A DNA stretch of 45,767 nucleotides from a virus (IMGVR_UViG_3300005512_000069:1-45767); one strand, 5' to 3'; counted from the first letter of the stretch, positions 1-8,136 are shown. Notes: generated from the sequence alone by a model not told the origin. Numbers and translations are program-made.

Positions 1-66
1 CTCGGCCAGCTTCTTGCGGTCAGTCATCGCACGTCTCCGTTCGGGTGGAACGCCGGGCAGTCGGCG
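1..66. repeat. Terminal direct repeat (copy 1), circular-assembly overlap
   Basis: Bases 1-66 are identical to 45702-45767, and an ORF reads through the junction. Confidence 0.95.
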
Positions 67-637
67 GCGTGGCGAAACGCGGGAACCATGTTCTCGCGGG
101 CTCCACACCAAGGACAGCCCATGTCGTCCGGGTCTCGGCATCGAAACGGGACAGGACCCACCCGCGTAAGGCGGCGGGCGAGTACACGGTGTCCGGGTGC
201 TCGGCCCACCGCAGCACGTCCGCCGCCAGGGAATCGGTGGCCGCCTCGGCGCGCTCGGCGCGAGCGATGGCGGCGTCGCAGGCTTCCTTGAGCAGGGATG
301 CGGCGCTACCCTTCGCATCCCGCTCCCGCTCAGCCCGTTCGACGCGACCAGCCAGTGACAACGCCTCCGAGTCCCGGTCTCCTTCGGTGGCTTCGAGATA
401 GGCGCGGATCTTGTCACGGGCGTGTGTCGTGGCTCGCCACCCGTCCCCAATCGACTGAGGACGTATCAGGCGCTCCATGTCCTCCCGCGTCAGCACCGGC
501 CCGGCGGGCGGCAGGGCGGCTTCGATAGCGTCGAGGATGGCGCTCATGTCCACGGAGCCGTCTGGCTCAAGCTCCAGCCTCGGGTACGGAATAGCCGTCA
601 GTGCCGCCTTCCTATCCCACAGCTTGCAGTCAGCCAT
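20..637 (-). CDS. Hypothetical coiled-coil protein (3' end probably frameshifted or mosaic)
   Basis: ORF 20..649, with a likely start at 637 (ATGGCTGA overlap with the upstream stop). Contains RAERAE coiled-coil repeats. Confidence 0.7.
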   Translation of the reverse strand: MADCKLWDRKAALTAIPYPRLELEPDGSVDMSAILDAIEAALPPAGPVLTREDMERLIRPQSIGDGWRATTHARDKIRAYLEATEGDRDSEALSLAGRVERAERERDAKGSAASLLKEACDAAIARAERAEAATDSLAADVLRWAEHPDTVYSPAALRGWVLSRFDAETRTTWAVLGVEPARTWFPRFATPPTARRSTRTETCDD

Positions 638-845
638 CGACTTCCGCATCCGCCTGGTAATCGGGCAGGCCGGACACGCACGCGACGCGTCTAAGCATCC
701 AGCCGGTCACCAGCCAATCCGACAGACTCTCGACAGCCTGCCCTGCTGCGGTTAGCTCGTCGTGTACGTCATAGACTTCTTGATCGATACGGCGATCCGC
801 CATGCCAGTCTTTCTCAGGTACAGCGTCACGATCACCTTGCTCAT
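630..845 (-). CDS. Hypothetical protein
   Basis: 71 aa, ATGA-coupled to the upstream gene, GGAGG upstream. Confidence 0.7.
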   Translation of the reverse strand: MSKVIVTLYLRKTGMADRRIDQEVYDVHDELTAAGQAVESLSDWLVTGWMLRRVACVSGLPDYQADAEVDG

Positions 846-1057
846 GACTTTTCCTCCTCGGCCGCTCGGGCCTGCTGTTCCATTACGTCGGCCGCCTGCT
901 GTAGTTCCTCGATCCGCTCAGCAAGAGACAGGATGCAGTCGTCTTGCGTGTGGCGGTCCTCTTCGGCAATGCCGTAGCTGCGACCGAGTCGGCCACGACA
1001 GCGCGCGCACATCACGGCACCGTAGTCATCGACGTGGAAATCCGCTCGCTCGCTCAT
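842..1057 (-). CDS. Hypothetical Zn-binding/coiled-coil protein
   Basis: CARC...HTQDDC motif followed by LAERIEEL; ATGA overlaps at both ends. Confidence 0.7.
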   Translation of the reverse strand: MSERADFHVDDYGAVMCARCRGRLGRSYGIAEEDRHTQDDCILSLAERIEELQQAADVMEQQARAAEEEKS

Positions 1058-1101
1058 CCCTCGCCCTTCGTCTGGCGTACGGTCATGACTTGGTCGATCA
1101 T
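1054..1101 (-). CDS. 15-aa minigene MIDQVMTVRQTKGEG
   Basis: GGAG upstream; its stop overlaps the next ATG (ATGA). Not in the ORF track. Confidence 0.45.
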   Translation of the reverse strand: MIDQVMTVRQTKGEG

Positions 1102-1105
1102 GTCT

Positions 1106-1381
1106 CTACTCCGGGGTTCGCTCCCCGCGCCCCTTCGCCGTCAGCACGGCGCGGGCTACGGGGTCGCTCGTCGTCGCGGCCAGATCCATCAGCCGCCTTC
1201 GGTCTCGATTCGTTCGGGCCGCTCGGCACCGCTTGCACCGCGAGTGCCGCTGGGTGTGGCCCTTGTCGCCACGGTGGTAGTGCGTGAACGCATCCGGCGG
1301 CAGCCAGGCGTCGCACGCCGAGCACTGGTGCTCGAGGCCCACGCCGTCGCCGGCAACGCGGGTGGCCGGTCCGAGCCTCAT
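1106..1381 (-). CDS. C4 zinc-finger protein
   Basis: CSAC...F...SRCKRC followed by a basic helix, resembling the Zn-binding N-terminus of phage HNH-type proteins. Confidence 0.65.
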   Translation of the reverse strand: MRLGPATRVAGDGVGLEHQCSACDAWLPPDAFTHYHRGDKGHTQRHSRCKRCRAARTNRDRRRLMDLAATTSDPVARAVLTAKGRGERTPE

Positions 1382-1412
1382 GGCGAGCCCTCCGTCGCCT
1401 GCTCGCTCAGCC

Positions 1413-1444
1413 GGTCAGCCATCTCGGTCAGCCATCTCGGTCAG
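1413..1444. repeat. 13-bp tandem duplication GGTCAGCCATCTC x2 (+GGTCAG)
   Basis: Read directly from the sequence. Confidence 0.9.
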
Positions 1445-1654
1445 AGCCCTGGCTAGCGCGCGGGCTTGCGCCGGGCTCATCCACGGCGTTTCTTCCATGT
1501 GCGGTCCACGCCACGCCACCTTGGCGGGCACATCCACGGCGTCGTCGTTCTCGTACACCAGCCCCACGTCGCCCGTCTCCGTGTCGTAGACGTGCCAGCG
1601 CGCGTGCAGCAAGTGCAGCGTGGTCCGGTAACTCACATCCGCTCGGTCGCTCAT
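1415..1654 (-). CDS. Hypothetical protein, C-terminus truncated by a 13-bp duplication
   Basis: Starts MSDRADV (ATGA overlap) and ends in the SPAQARALARALTEMAD helix. Confidence 0.7.
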   Translation of the reverse strand: MSDRADVSYRTTLHLLHARWHVYDTETGDVGLVYENDDAVDVPAKVAWRGPHMEETPWMSPAQARALARALTEMADRDG

Positions 1655-1959
1655 CCCTCGTCCTCCGCTGCCTGCTGTTCCTTGCGCAGCTCCGACTCGA
1701 TCTCTCCGAGCCGTGAGTTCGCTGCGTGCGTACGATTCTTGAGCGAGTCCACCTCGGCACGCTGACGGTCGCGCATGAACTCCAGCGCCTCGACCCTCGT
1801 AGGGAAGTACCGTTCTCTCACGCCCAACCGGGCGCAACGCTCATCCGGCCGACCCTGCCCGCCAATCAGCCACACGCTATTGTCCGTGTAGCGCCTGACG
1901 GCAACTGGAATGGAATTCGTAGTCCAGCGCGAGGCACGCCACCATTGCTCGGTGCTCAT
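1651..1959 (-). CDS. Hypothetical protein (beta domain plus coiled coil)
   Basis: 102 aa, coupled at both ends. Confidence 0.75.
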   Translation of the reverse strand: MSTEQWWRASRWTTNSIPVAVRRYTDNSVWLIGGQGRPDERCARLGVRERYFPTRVEALEFMRDRQRAEVDSLKNRTHAANSRLGEIESELRKEQQAAEDEG

Positions 1960-2357
1960 CCCTGCTCCTCCTTCGCCTGTTCGTCCCGGACTTCCATCAG
2001 GTCGTCCGGGTGCTTATCGTACAGGTCGGCCATCGGTTCACGCAGCGCCGTGCGTAGCGCATCGATCAGGCGGTTCGCCTCGGCAAGCCGCGCCTCAATC
2101 TCGGACATCCCGGCATTGGCCATGGCATCGGCCGCGGCGCACGTTTGCTCGGTCGCGTATCCAAGCCCAGCGAACCCGCAGAGCGAGTAGCCGATCAGTT
2201 GGGCGAACTGCTCGCGGTCGGCGCGCGGCACGTCCCAGCATGCGATCCGGTTCAGGTCGATCCCGCCTTCGTCCAGCAAGCGGCGGACGATCGCGTTCGC
2301 ACGAAATCGCTGTACGCCGTGGCCGTCCACTTCGATGTACTGCATCGGGTGTCGCAT
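1956..2357 (-). CDS. Conserved phage hypothetical protein
   Basis: Starts MRHPMQ (TAATG overlap). The motif RFRANAIVRRLLD...DLN...DREQFAQLIGYS is recalled as a recurrent phage family. Confidence 0.75.
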   Translation of the reverse strand: MRHPMQYIEVDGHGVQRFRANAIVRRLLDEGGIDLNRIACWDVPRADREQFAQLIGYSLCGFAGLGYATEQTCAAADAMANAGMSEIEARLAEANRLIDALRTALREPMADLYDKHPDDLMEVRDEQAKEEQG

Positions 2358-2704
2358 TACGCCTGCTCCTCCAGCCACTCCCAGATCGCGCGCGGCAGGG
2401 CTTCGCGCGGGTCGCCGTGGGACTCTGTGATGTTCAGGTCTTCGCCCCAGCAGAGCGCTGTAAGCTGCTCAGGTGTGGCGCCGATGGAAAGGCTTGGGAA
2501 CACACTGATTCCCCGCCGCTTGCACTCGTCCCAGCACGCGAAGAAGAATTCCGCGCTCGGGGCGGGGGCGGGAACCGTCTGCCATGTCGCCCGAGTCTCG
2601 TCGTGATAGCGACGCCACACTGGGCCGCGCCCCGTTTCAACGCGATCAAGCCGCAAGAACTCCCGCGCCACGCGCTCGCACACCTGCTCGATCGTCGGGG
2701 TCAT
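2357..2704 (-). CDS. Hypothetical protein, phage ABA-sandwich-like
   Basis: Starts MTPTIEQ and ends REALPRAIWEWL, similar to the 44519 and 45410 genes. Confidence 0.65.
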   Translation of the reverse strand: MTPTIEQVCERVAREFLRLDRVETGRGPVWRRYHDETRATWQTVPAPAPSAEFFFACWDECKRRGISVFPSLSIGATPEQLTALCWGEDLNITESHGDPREALPRAIWEWLEEQA

Positions 2705-2895
2705 GCCGGCACCTGCCTCTCCACCTCGACGCGCACGCCAGGCGGGAGCCGATCGAGCACCGCCTTGCGGGCCACCCTGTGCATCGACTTGCCGTCGGTG
2801 CCGTGGTGGAACTTGGCGCAGGCCGAGATCTCGCGAAGCACGCGGATCGCGTAGTCCTCGAGTTCCAGGTTGATGGCTGTGCGAGTGTCGGTCAC
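2701..2895 (-). CDS. Hypothetical protein
   Basis: 64 aa, GTGA/ATGA coupling. Confidence 0.65.
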   Translation of the reverse strand: MTDTRTAINLELEDYAIRVLREISACAKFHHGTDGKSMHRVARKAVLDRLPPGVRVEVERQVPA

Positions 2896-3023
2896 TTGTA
2901 GATCCTCTGGAACATGCCGCGGAACGGGGTGAACTCACACACCATCGCGTACAGGATCAACAGCCAGACGGTGACGCCAGCCCAGCGCGTGAACGAGCCG
3001 AAGACAAACTCGAGCGCTTCCAT
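2892..3023 (-). CDS. Small membrane protein
   Basis: MEALEFVFGSFTRWAGVTVWLLILYAMV hydrophobic segment. Confidence 0.65.
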   Translation of the reverse strand: MEALEFVFGSFTRWAGVTVWLLILYAMVCEFTPFRGMFQRIYK

Positions 3024-3145
3024 CACGGCCCCCACCCCGCACCAGGTTCGCTCAGCGCGACGCAGATCATCGCGATCACCACGAGGGCGGCGCCCATCGC
3101 AGCCCACCGAACGGGCAGCGAGACGCCGGGCTTGAGTCGGTTCAT
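3023..3145 (-). CDS. 40-aa membrane protein
   Basis: MNRLKPGVSLPVRWAAMGAALVVIAMICVALSEPGAGWGP; TGATG overlap with the next gene. Not in the ORF track. Confidence 0.6.
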   Translation of the reverse strand: MNRLKPGVSLPVRWAAMGAALVVIAMICVALSEPGAGWGP

Positions 3146-3271
3146 GTGTCCCTGTCGGGGCATGTCGGTCTCCGAGTAAGTGGGCCGTCCGGCCCCGACG
3201 ACGGCGATGTCAGACCGTCGAAAATAGGAAGAAAGAAGAAGGGGTGACCAGGGCCGGGCGACCCGGAATCT

Positions 3272-3559
3272 CTAGCGGTCATCGGCACCGGCCCAGATCG
3301 TGTCCAGGCAGGTGTTGCAGGCTTCGTCAGGGCTGCCCTCAGCGCACTCCGGGCATTCCTCGTGGAACTCACGGTCGGCCACAAGCAGCGGGATGTCGAG
3401 CGCCGCACCACCGGTCTCGCTATCGAGCCCGTCACGGACCAGGTGCTCGCGAACCGCCTCATGCACCGCCATCAACTGCTTGGCGAGCTCGCGAACAACA
3501 GGGTGCTCATGGTCCGTGCGCAGCGCGTCGCAGAGGTCGTGGGTGTAGGTGATCAGCAT
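3272..3559 (-). CDS. Hypothetical protein with C-terminal CxxC/CxxC Zn site
   Basis: Start MLITY preceded by GGAG; CPEC...CNTC. Confidence 0.7.
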   Translation of the reverse strand: MLITYTHDLCDALRTDHEHPVVRELAKQLMAVHEAVREHLVRDGLDSETGGAALDIPLLVADREFHEECPECAEGSPDEACNTCLDTIWAGADDR

Positions 3560-3572
3560 CTGCGTGTCTCCG

Positions 3573-3673
3573 TTGACACCCTGGTTATCGGCGGATCCTC
3601 GAAATTGGTCAAGGGCCAAAAGTACTTTTGTTGTTGCAGTCGTCGCCGGCACAGCCGATAGTATCCCTGTCAA
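3573..3673. promoter_or_regulatory. Symmetric divergent sigma70-type promoters with a central palindromic operator
   Basis: Leftward TTGACC-17-GATAAC (3612-3584) and rightward TTGCAG-17-GATAGT (3634-3662). Perfect palindrome CAAAAGTACTTTTG at 3617-3630. Confidence 0.7.
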
Positions 3674-3689
3674 GACACAAGGAGCATCC

Positions 3690-3887
3690 ATGAGGGACGC
3701 AACCATCCTCCGCGAGATTGGCAAAGCGCTGCTCGACGGAGAACTCGATCACGGCTGGCAGCGCACGGTCGCTCGGGCAATCGGCGTCTCCGATGCCACC
3801 GTGTCCGACATCTTGCGCGGCAACAGAAAGATGACCGAAGCGGTCAGGGCTGCTGCGGAACAGAAACTGGAGGAGGTGAGGTCGTGA
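3690..3887 (+). CDS. Cro/XRE-like HTH transcriptional regulator
   Basis: AAGGAG SD; QRTVARAIGVSDATVSDILRG helix-turn-helix. Confidence 0.85.
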   Translation: MRDATILREIGKALLDGELDHGWQRTVARAIGVSDATVSDILRGNRKMTEAVRAAAEQKLEEVRS

Positions 3888-4714
3888 TCGAACGAACCGA
3901 CAGAGTCAACTGGTCCACGCTCAAGGTCATCGACAAGAGCCCGAAGCACTACCGCCACCACCTCGAGCACGGCCGCAAGGACAGTGAGGCCCTGCTGCTG
4001 GGCCGGCTTACGCATGCCCTGGTGTACGAGCCGGACGAGGTCGTGTCGCGGTATGTCTGCGAGCCCCGTTTTCACAAGGGCATGAAGGACGAGACTGCTT
4101 GCGCCAAGGGGTACGCCGGCGGCAAGGAGTCCGCTGCCGAGTGGGCCGCCGAGCACACCGAACACACAATAGTCTCGGCTGAGCTGTGGGCCCGGGCGGC
4201 AGACATGGCCCACGCGCTCCACTCTGACCCCATCGCTGGCCCGATGATCGAGGGCGGGTTCGCCGAGCAGCTCATCGAGTGGACCGACGCCGAGACCGGC
4301 ATTGAGTGCCGCGGGCGGGTGGACCACGTCAACGGGCGGCTGAGTGACCTCAAGACCAGCGTCACGGTCGACCCACGGGCGTTCGCTGCGAAGGCCATGC
4401 GACTCGGGTACGACGGCCAGCTCGCGTTCTACGCGGACGGCCTGGCCGCGAACGGCATCGTGCTGAACGGCGACCCTGCCCTGATCGTGGTCGAGTCCGA
4501 GGCGCCCTACGACGTGGCGGTCATGGTGTTCACCGAACAGCACATCGCTGCAGGTCGCGAGAAGTACCTCCGCTGCCTGCGCATCCTGGCTGACTGCCGG
4601 GAGAACGACACCTGGCCTGGGCAGAGCGGTGGGACTACTCTGGAGTTCCCGATGCCCGAGTGGGCCATGCCCAAGGCAGAACTGACCATCGGCGGGGAGC
4701 CCCTCGCCATTTAA
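3884..4714 (+). CDS. RecE/exonuclease VIII-like PD-(D/E)XK nuclease (DUF3799-like)
   Basis: WSTLK...SPKHY, G+LTH, CRGRVD, DLKTS, GYDGQLAFY motifs. Confidence 0.85.
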   Translation: MIERTDRVNWSTLKVIDKSPKHYRHHLEHGRKDSEALLLGRLTHALVYEPDEVVSRYVCEPRFHKGMKDETACAKGYAGGKESAAEWAAEHTEHTIVSAELWARAADMAHALHSDPIAGPMIEGGFAEQLIEWTDAETGIECRGRVDHVNGRLSDLKTSVTVDPRAFAAKAMRLGYDGQLAFYADGLAANGIVLNGDPALIVVESEAPYDVAVMVFTEQHIAAGREKYLRCLRILADCRENDTWPGQSGGTTLEFPMPEWAMPKAELTIGGEPLAI

Positions 4715-4766
4715 CGCGCCAGCCGGGGCGCTGTGATCCGGCAACTGCAACTGCAAAGGAAACGAG

Positions 4767-5132
4767 ATGCACTACAAACTGCTGTTCCCGTCCACCTACC
4801 TCTGCGCCGCCGACCTGCAGGGCCAGGACGTTCACCTGACCATCCGCCGTGTCGTCGTGCAGGAACTCGAGGGCACGGGCGGCGAGAGGGAGAAGAAGCC
4901 CCTGGTCTACTTCGAGGAGACCAAGGCGAAGGCCGACGAGACCGGCACCAAGGAGAAGCGCCTGGTGCTCAACGTGACCAACGCCAAGGTCATCGCCTTG
5001 ATGCACGGCAACGAGGTCGCCGACTGGTCCGGCAAGCGCATCACGCTGTACGCCACAACCTGCGAGAGCTTCGGCGAGACCGTCGATTGCGTTCGCGTTC
5101 GCAAGAGTGTTCCGAAGACGGAGAACGACTGA
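4767..5132 (+). CDS. Putative ssDNA-binding/annealing protein (OB-fold-like)
   Basis: FPSxYLxAxDL...LVLNxTNA...WxGKRITLY pattern; lies next to the RecE-like gene. Confidence 0.6.
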   Translation: MHYKLLFPSTYLCAADLQGQDVHLTIRRVVVQELEGTGGEREKKPLVYFEETKAKADETGTKEKRLVLNVTNAKVIALMHGNEVADWSGKRITLYATTCESFGETVDCVRVRKSVPKTEND

Positions 5133-5575
5133 TGGCCCGCGTCAACATGAACAAGGAAGCCGATTCCGCTGGCGGCCCGCCCGAAGCCGGAGTGCATCTC
5201 TGGGAGGTCCTGAAGTGCGAAGAGGCCGAGAGCCGGAACAAGGACCCGATGTTCAAGGTCGAAGCCAGCCGCGTCACGGGTGACGGCCGGTTCTACGACA
5301 CCATCATGCTCGCCGGTCCCGGCTGGGGCATTGGCAAGGCCAAGCTCAAGGCGCTTGGTGTCGAAGACGACTTCGAGGGCGAGCTCGACCCGCTCGACCT
5401 GATCGGCAAGCACTTCTGGTGCAGCACGGGGCTGGAGACCTACACGAACAAGGAGGGCAAGCAGCGCCAGAAGCTCAAGGCCCTCATCGACGAACTCGAG
5501 CACTGCGGGTACCAGCACGTCAGCAACGTGCCGCCCGGGTGCGAGGCGCCGACGCGTGCGGACACGCCGTTCTGA
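5132..5575 (+). CDS. DUF669-like single-stranded DNA-binding protein
   Basis: Start MARVNM (TGATG overlap); PxGxH...S..K.PM pattern; SSB-like C-terminal DTPF tail. Confidence 0.7.
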   Translation: MARVNMNKEADSAGGPPEAGVHLWEVLKCEEAESRNKDPMFKVEASRVTGDGRFYDTIMLAGPGWGIGKAKLKALGVEDDFEGELDPLDLIGKHFWCSTGLETYTNKEGKQRQKLKALIDELEHCGYQHVSNVPPGCEAPTRADTPF

Positions 5576-5772
5576 TGTCGTGGCGACGCTGGCTCGGGAA
5601 CCTGTTCGTCTTTCTCGTTGTTTGGAAGACCCTTCCGCCGGTCTGGTCGTGGTCCATCATCGGAGTCATTCTGGGGCTTGAGTCCATCCTGATCGGCATG
5701 AATCTGCATCTGCACTGGCTTAAGCGCCAGAACATCAAGACTGTGCGACGCATACTCCGCGACTCTCGCTGA
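5575..5772 (+). CDS. Small membrane protein
   Basis: MSWRRWLGNLFVFLVVW... two hydrophobic segments; coupled at both ends. Confidence 0.65.
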   Translation: MSWRRWLGNLFVFLVVWKTLPPVWSWSIIGVILGLESILIGMNLHLHWLKRQNIKTVRRILRDSR

Positions 5773-7193
5773 TGCTCCGCCCCTACCAGCAACAAGCGGT
5801 CGACCTCCTGCGCCAGCGGCACGCTGACCGTCCGCTGCTGTGCCTCCCGACCGGAGCCGGCAAGACAACCGTCGCATCTGAGGTGATCCGCTTGGCGCTC
5901 CAGCGGGGCAACCGCTGCATTTTCATGGTCCATCGTCGAGAGCTGGTGGATCAGGCCGTGGCCCGCCTGGCGTCCTTCGGGATCCAGGCGGGTCGCATCA
6001 TCGCCGGCCAGACCGAGTCGCGCTCGCTGCCCGTGCAGGTGGCGTCCATCCCGTCCCTGATCCGGCGCAAGCACTGGCCCGCTGAGTTGGTCATCGTGGA
6101 CGAGTGCGCCCACGCCACGTCCACATCGTGGACGAAGTGCCTGGACCGCTACGCGGACGCCTGGGTTATCGGGCTCACGGCGACGCCGATCCGACTCGAC
6201 GGCCGCGGGCTCGGCGGCATTTTCGGGTGTCTGGTCGAGCCGGTGACGACCCAGGATCTCGTCGAGCAGGGGCACCTCGTGGCCCCCGAGGTCTACGCCC
6301 CCCCCCTCGACCTGTCCAGGATCCGCAAGCGGGCCGGCGAATACACGCTCCCCGAGTTGCTCGAGCGCATGAACCCACTGACCGGCTCGATCGTCGACAC
6401 CTGGTTCCAGCGCGCCTTCGGGCAACGGACCGTCGTGTTCGCGGTGAACGTCGAGCACTCCCAACGGATCGTCAAGGCGTTCCAAGCCCGTGGCGTCGCC
6501 GCGGAGCACATCGACGGTGGCACAGATGTCCAGCAGCGCGCCGACTCCCTGGCCAGGCTGCGCTCAGGCGAGACGACGCTGGTTAGCAACTGCATGGTGC
6601 TGTCCGAGGGCTGGGACCTTCCGGCCCTGCAGTGCGGCGTGCTGGCTCGGCCGACGAAGTCACTGGCCCTCTTCCGCCAGATGGTGGGCCGCATCATGCG
6701 CCCGCCGGGCCCGGTCGTGTGCCTCGACCACGCCGGCTGCCACCACGAACACGGTCTCGTAACGGACCCTGTCGATTGGAGCCTGGACGATTGCGAGCGC
6801 CGCTCCGTGATGACCGAGCCTATCCGCACTTGCCAAGAGTGCTTCGCGGTCGTCCCTGTCGACGCTGTGGAGTGCCCGCAGTGTGGCGAACCGCTCGCCC
6901 GCGAGGCTCGAACCAATCCCCCCGGCGTCGACAACGACGGCGAGCTCGTCAAGTTCACCCGCGCCGACAAGGCCGAGTGGTATGGGGTGCGCGTCCGGAT
7001 GGCTTCGGAACTCGGCTACAAGCTCGGCTGGGCTCGAGCGCAGTACCGCAACAAGCATGGCACCTGGCCACGGTTCCGCAGCGTGGAGCAGGAGCACTAC
7101 GAGTGCCGCTCCCACGAGCTCGTCGAGCAGTGGTACGGTCCACGGCGGGTGTTCCGGTGCGGGCACTGCTGCGAGGAGCGGGTGCTGGAATGA
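5772..7193 (+). CDS. SF2 DEAD/DEAH-box helicase with C-terminal Zn finger
   Basis: LRPYQ, PTGAGKT, DECAH, LTATP, EGWD, QMVGRIMR motifs, then CxxC...CPQCG. Confidence 0.93.
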   Translation: MLRPYQQQAVDLLRQRHADRPLLCLPTGAGKTTVASEVIRLALQRGNRCIFMVHRRELVDQAVARLASFGIQAGRIIAGQTESRSLPVQVASIPSLIRRKHWPAELVIVDECAHATSTSWTKCLDRYADAWVIGLTATPIRLDGRGLGGIFGCLVEPVTTQDLVEQGHLVAPEVYAPPLDLSRIRKRAGEYTLPELLERMNPLTGSIVDTWFQRAFGQRTVVFAVNVEHSQRIVKAFQARGVAAEHIDGGTDVQQRADSLARLRSGETTLVSNCMVLSEGWDLPALQCGVLARPTKSLALFRQMVGRIMRPPGPVVCLDHAGCHHEHGLVTDPVDWSLDDCERRSVMTEPIRTCQECFAVVPVDAVECPQCGEPLAREARTNPPGVDNDGELVKFTRADKAEWYGVRVRMASELGYKLGWARAQYRNKHGTWPRFRSVEQEHYECRSHELVEQWYGPRRVFRCGHCCEERVLE

Positions 7194-7831
7194 TCGCCGC
7201 GCTCTACGTCCAGACCAACGGCTGCTACTACGGGCTCGAGAAGGTCGACCCGTGGGACGAAAAGCGGGATGCGCGCACGTACGACGGCCCGTGGCCGGTG
7301 GTGGCGCATCCGCCGTGTGCTCGCTGGGGGCGGTACTGGTTCGGTGGGCCATCAGCGCGCGAGCGTCGCAAACTCGGCGATGACGGAGGCTGCTTCGCCG
7401 CAGCGCTCGACGCCGTGCGCCGGTTCGGTGGTGTGCTCGAGCACCCGGAGGCGACCCACGCGTGGCGCGCACACGCGATTGTCGCGCCACCTAAGCGTGG
7501 TGGGTGGGTCGAAGCCCATCTGCCGCTGGTGTCTCAAGGTCTCCCAGAGGCGTGGACGTGCTGCGTCGAGCAGGGGCACTACGGGCACTTGGCGCGCAAG
7601 GCGACTTGGCTCTACTACGTCGGAGCAAAGCCAGAGCCGCTGATCTGGGGCAAGGCTGAGGGCAAGACCGTGCGGCTGGACGAGGGGTTCCATTCAGCGG
7701 CTGAGAGGATCGCAGCCAAAGCTCGAGGGCGCGACTCTGGCATGACTGAGCGCTTGTCGGCGCGTCAGCGTGCCGCCACCCCGGTTGAGTTCCGCGACCT
7801 CCTCATCTCCCTCGCGGAGTCGGCACGGTGA
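7190..7831 (+). CDS. Minimal DNA cytosine-C5 methyltransferase-like protein
   Basis: Start MIAALY (ATGA overlap). HPPC (motif IV), VLEHP (VI-like), QGHYGH..RKATW (VIII-like); no canonical FxGxG. Confidence 0.7.
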   Translation: MIAALYVQTNGCYYGLEKVDPWDEKRDARTYDGPWPVVAHPPCARWGRYWFGGPSARERRKLGDDGGCFAAALDAVRRFGGVLEHPEATHAWRAHAIVAPPKRGGWVEAHLPLVSQGLPEAWTCCVEQGHYGHLARKATWLYYVGAKPEPLIWGKAEGKTVRLDEGFHSAAERIAAKARGRDSGMTERLSARQRAATPVEFRDLLISLAESAR

Positions 7832-8136
7832 CCGAATCCCAGATCCTAGCCGCGATCCTCCGCGAGTTCGGTAGCCGCACGGACATCCGCCTGTGGCGCC
7901 AGAACACCGGCGCCGCGCGCGACCCGCACACCGGCCAGGTCATCCGCTTCGGGGTGCCCGGGCAGGCAGACCTGTCCGGCATCCTGCAGGGCGGGCAGCG
8001 GCTCGAGATCGAAGTGAAAACCAAGACGGGCAGACAAAGCAAGGAGCAGAAGCGATGGCAACGGATGATCGAGAAGTTCGGCGGGGTGTACGTGCTGGCG
8101 AGGTCAGTGGAGGACGTGCGGGCGGTGCTGGGGTGA
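7828..8136 (+). CDS. VRR-NUC domain nuclease (Holliday junction resolvase-like)
   Basis: TESQI, GVPGQADL, EIEVKT..GRQSKEQ motifs. Confidence 0.9.
   Translation: MTESQILAAILREFGSRTDIRLWRQNTGAARDPHTGQVIRFGVPGQADLSGILQGGQRLEIEVKTKTGRQSKEQKRWQRMIEKFGGVYVLARSVEDVRAVLG

Noticed and set aside
3354-3369. Second parS-like sequence CATTCCTCGTGGAACT
   Set aside because: Only 12/16 match to the TGTTCCACGTGGAACA variant, and it lies inside a coding region.
3549-3887. CI/Cro lysogeny switch
   Set aside because: Only one HTH gene is present, the divergent gene is not repressor-like, and no integrase was found.
6298-6306. Poly-C9 tract as a phase-variation switch in the helicase
   Set aside because: It is in frame (Ala-Pro-Pro-Leu), plausible by chance at this GC content, and in a likely essential gene.
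6632-7189. N-terminal extensions of track ORFs (399-aa MTase; likewise 22399, 26602, 34667, 4733)
   Set aside because: The extensions overlap upstream genes and read as Arg/Pro-rich noise; the true starts are at stop/start overlaps.
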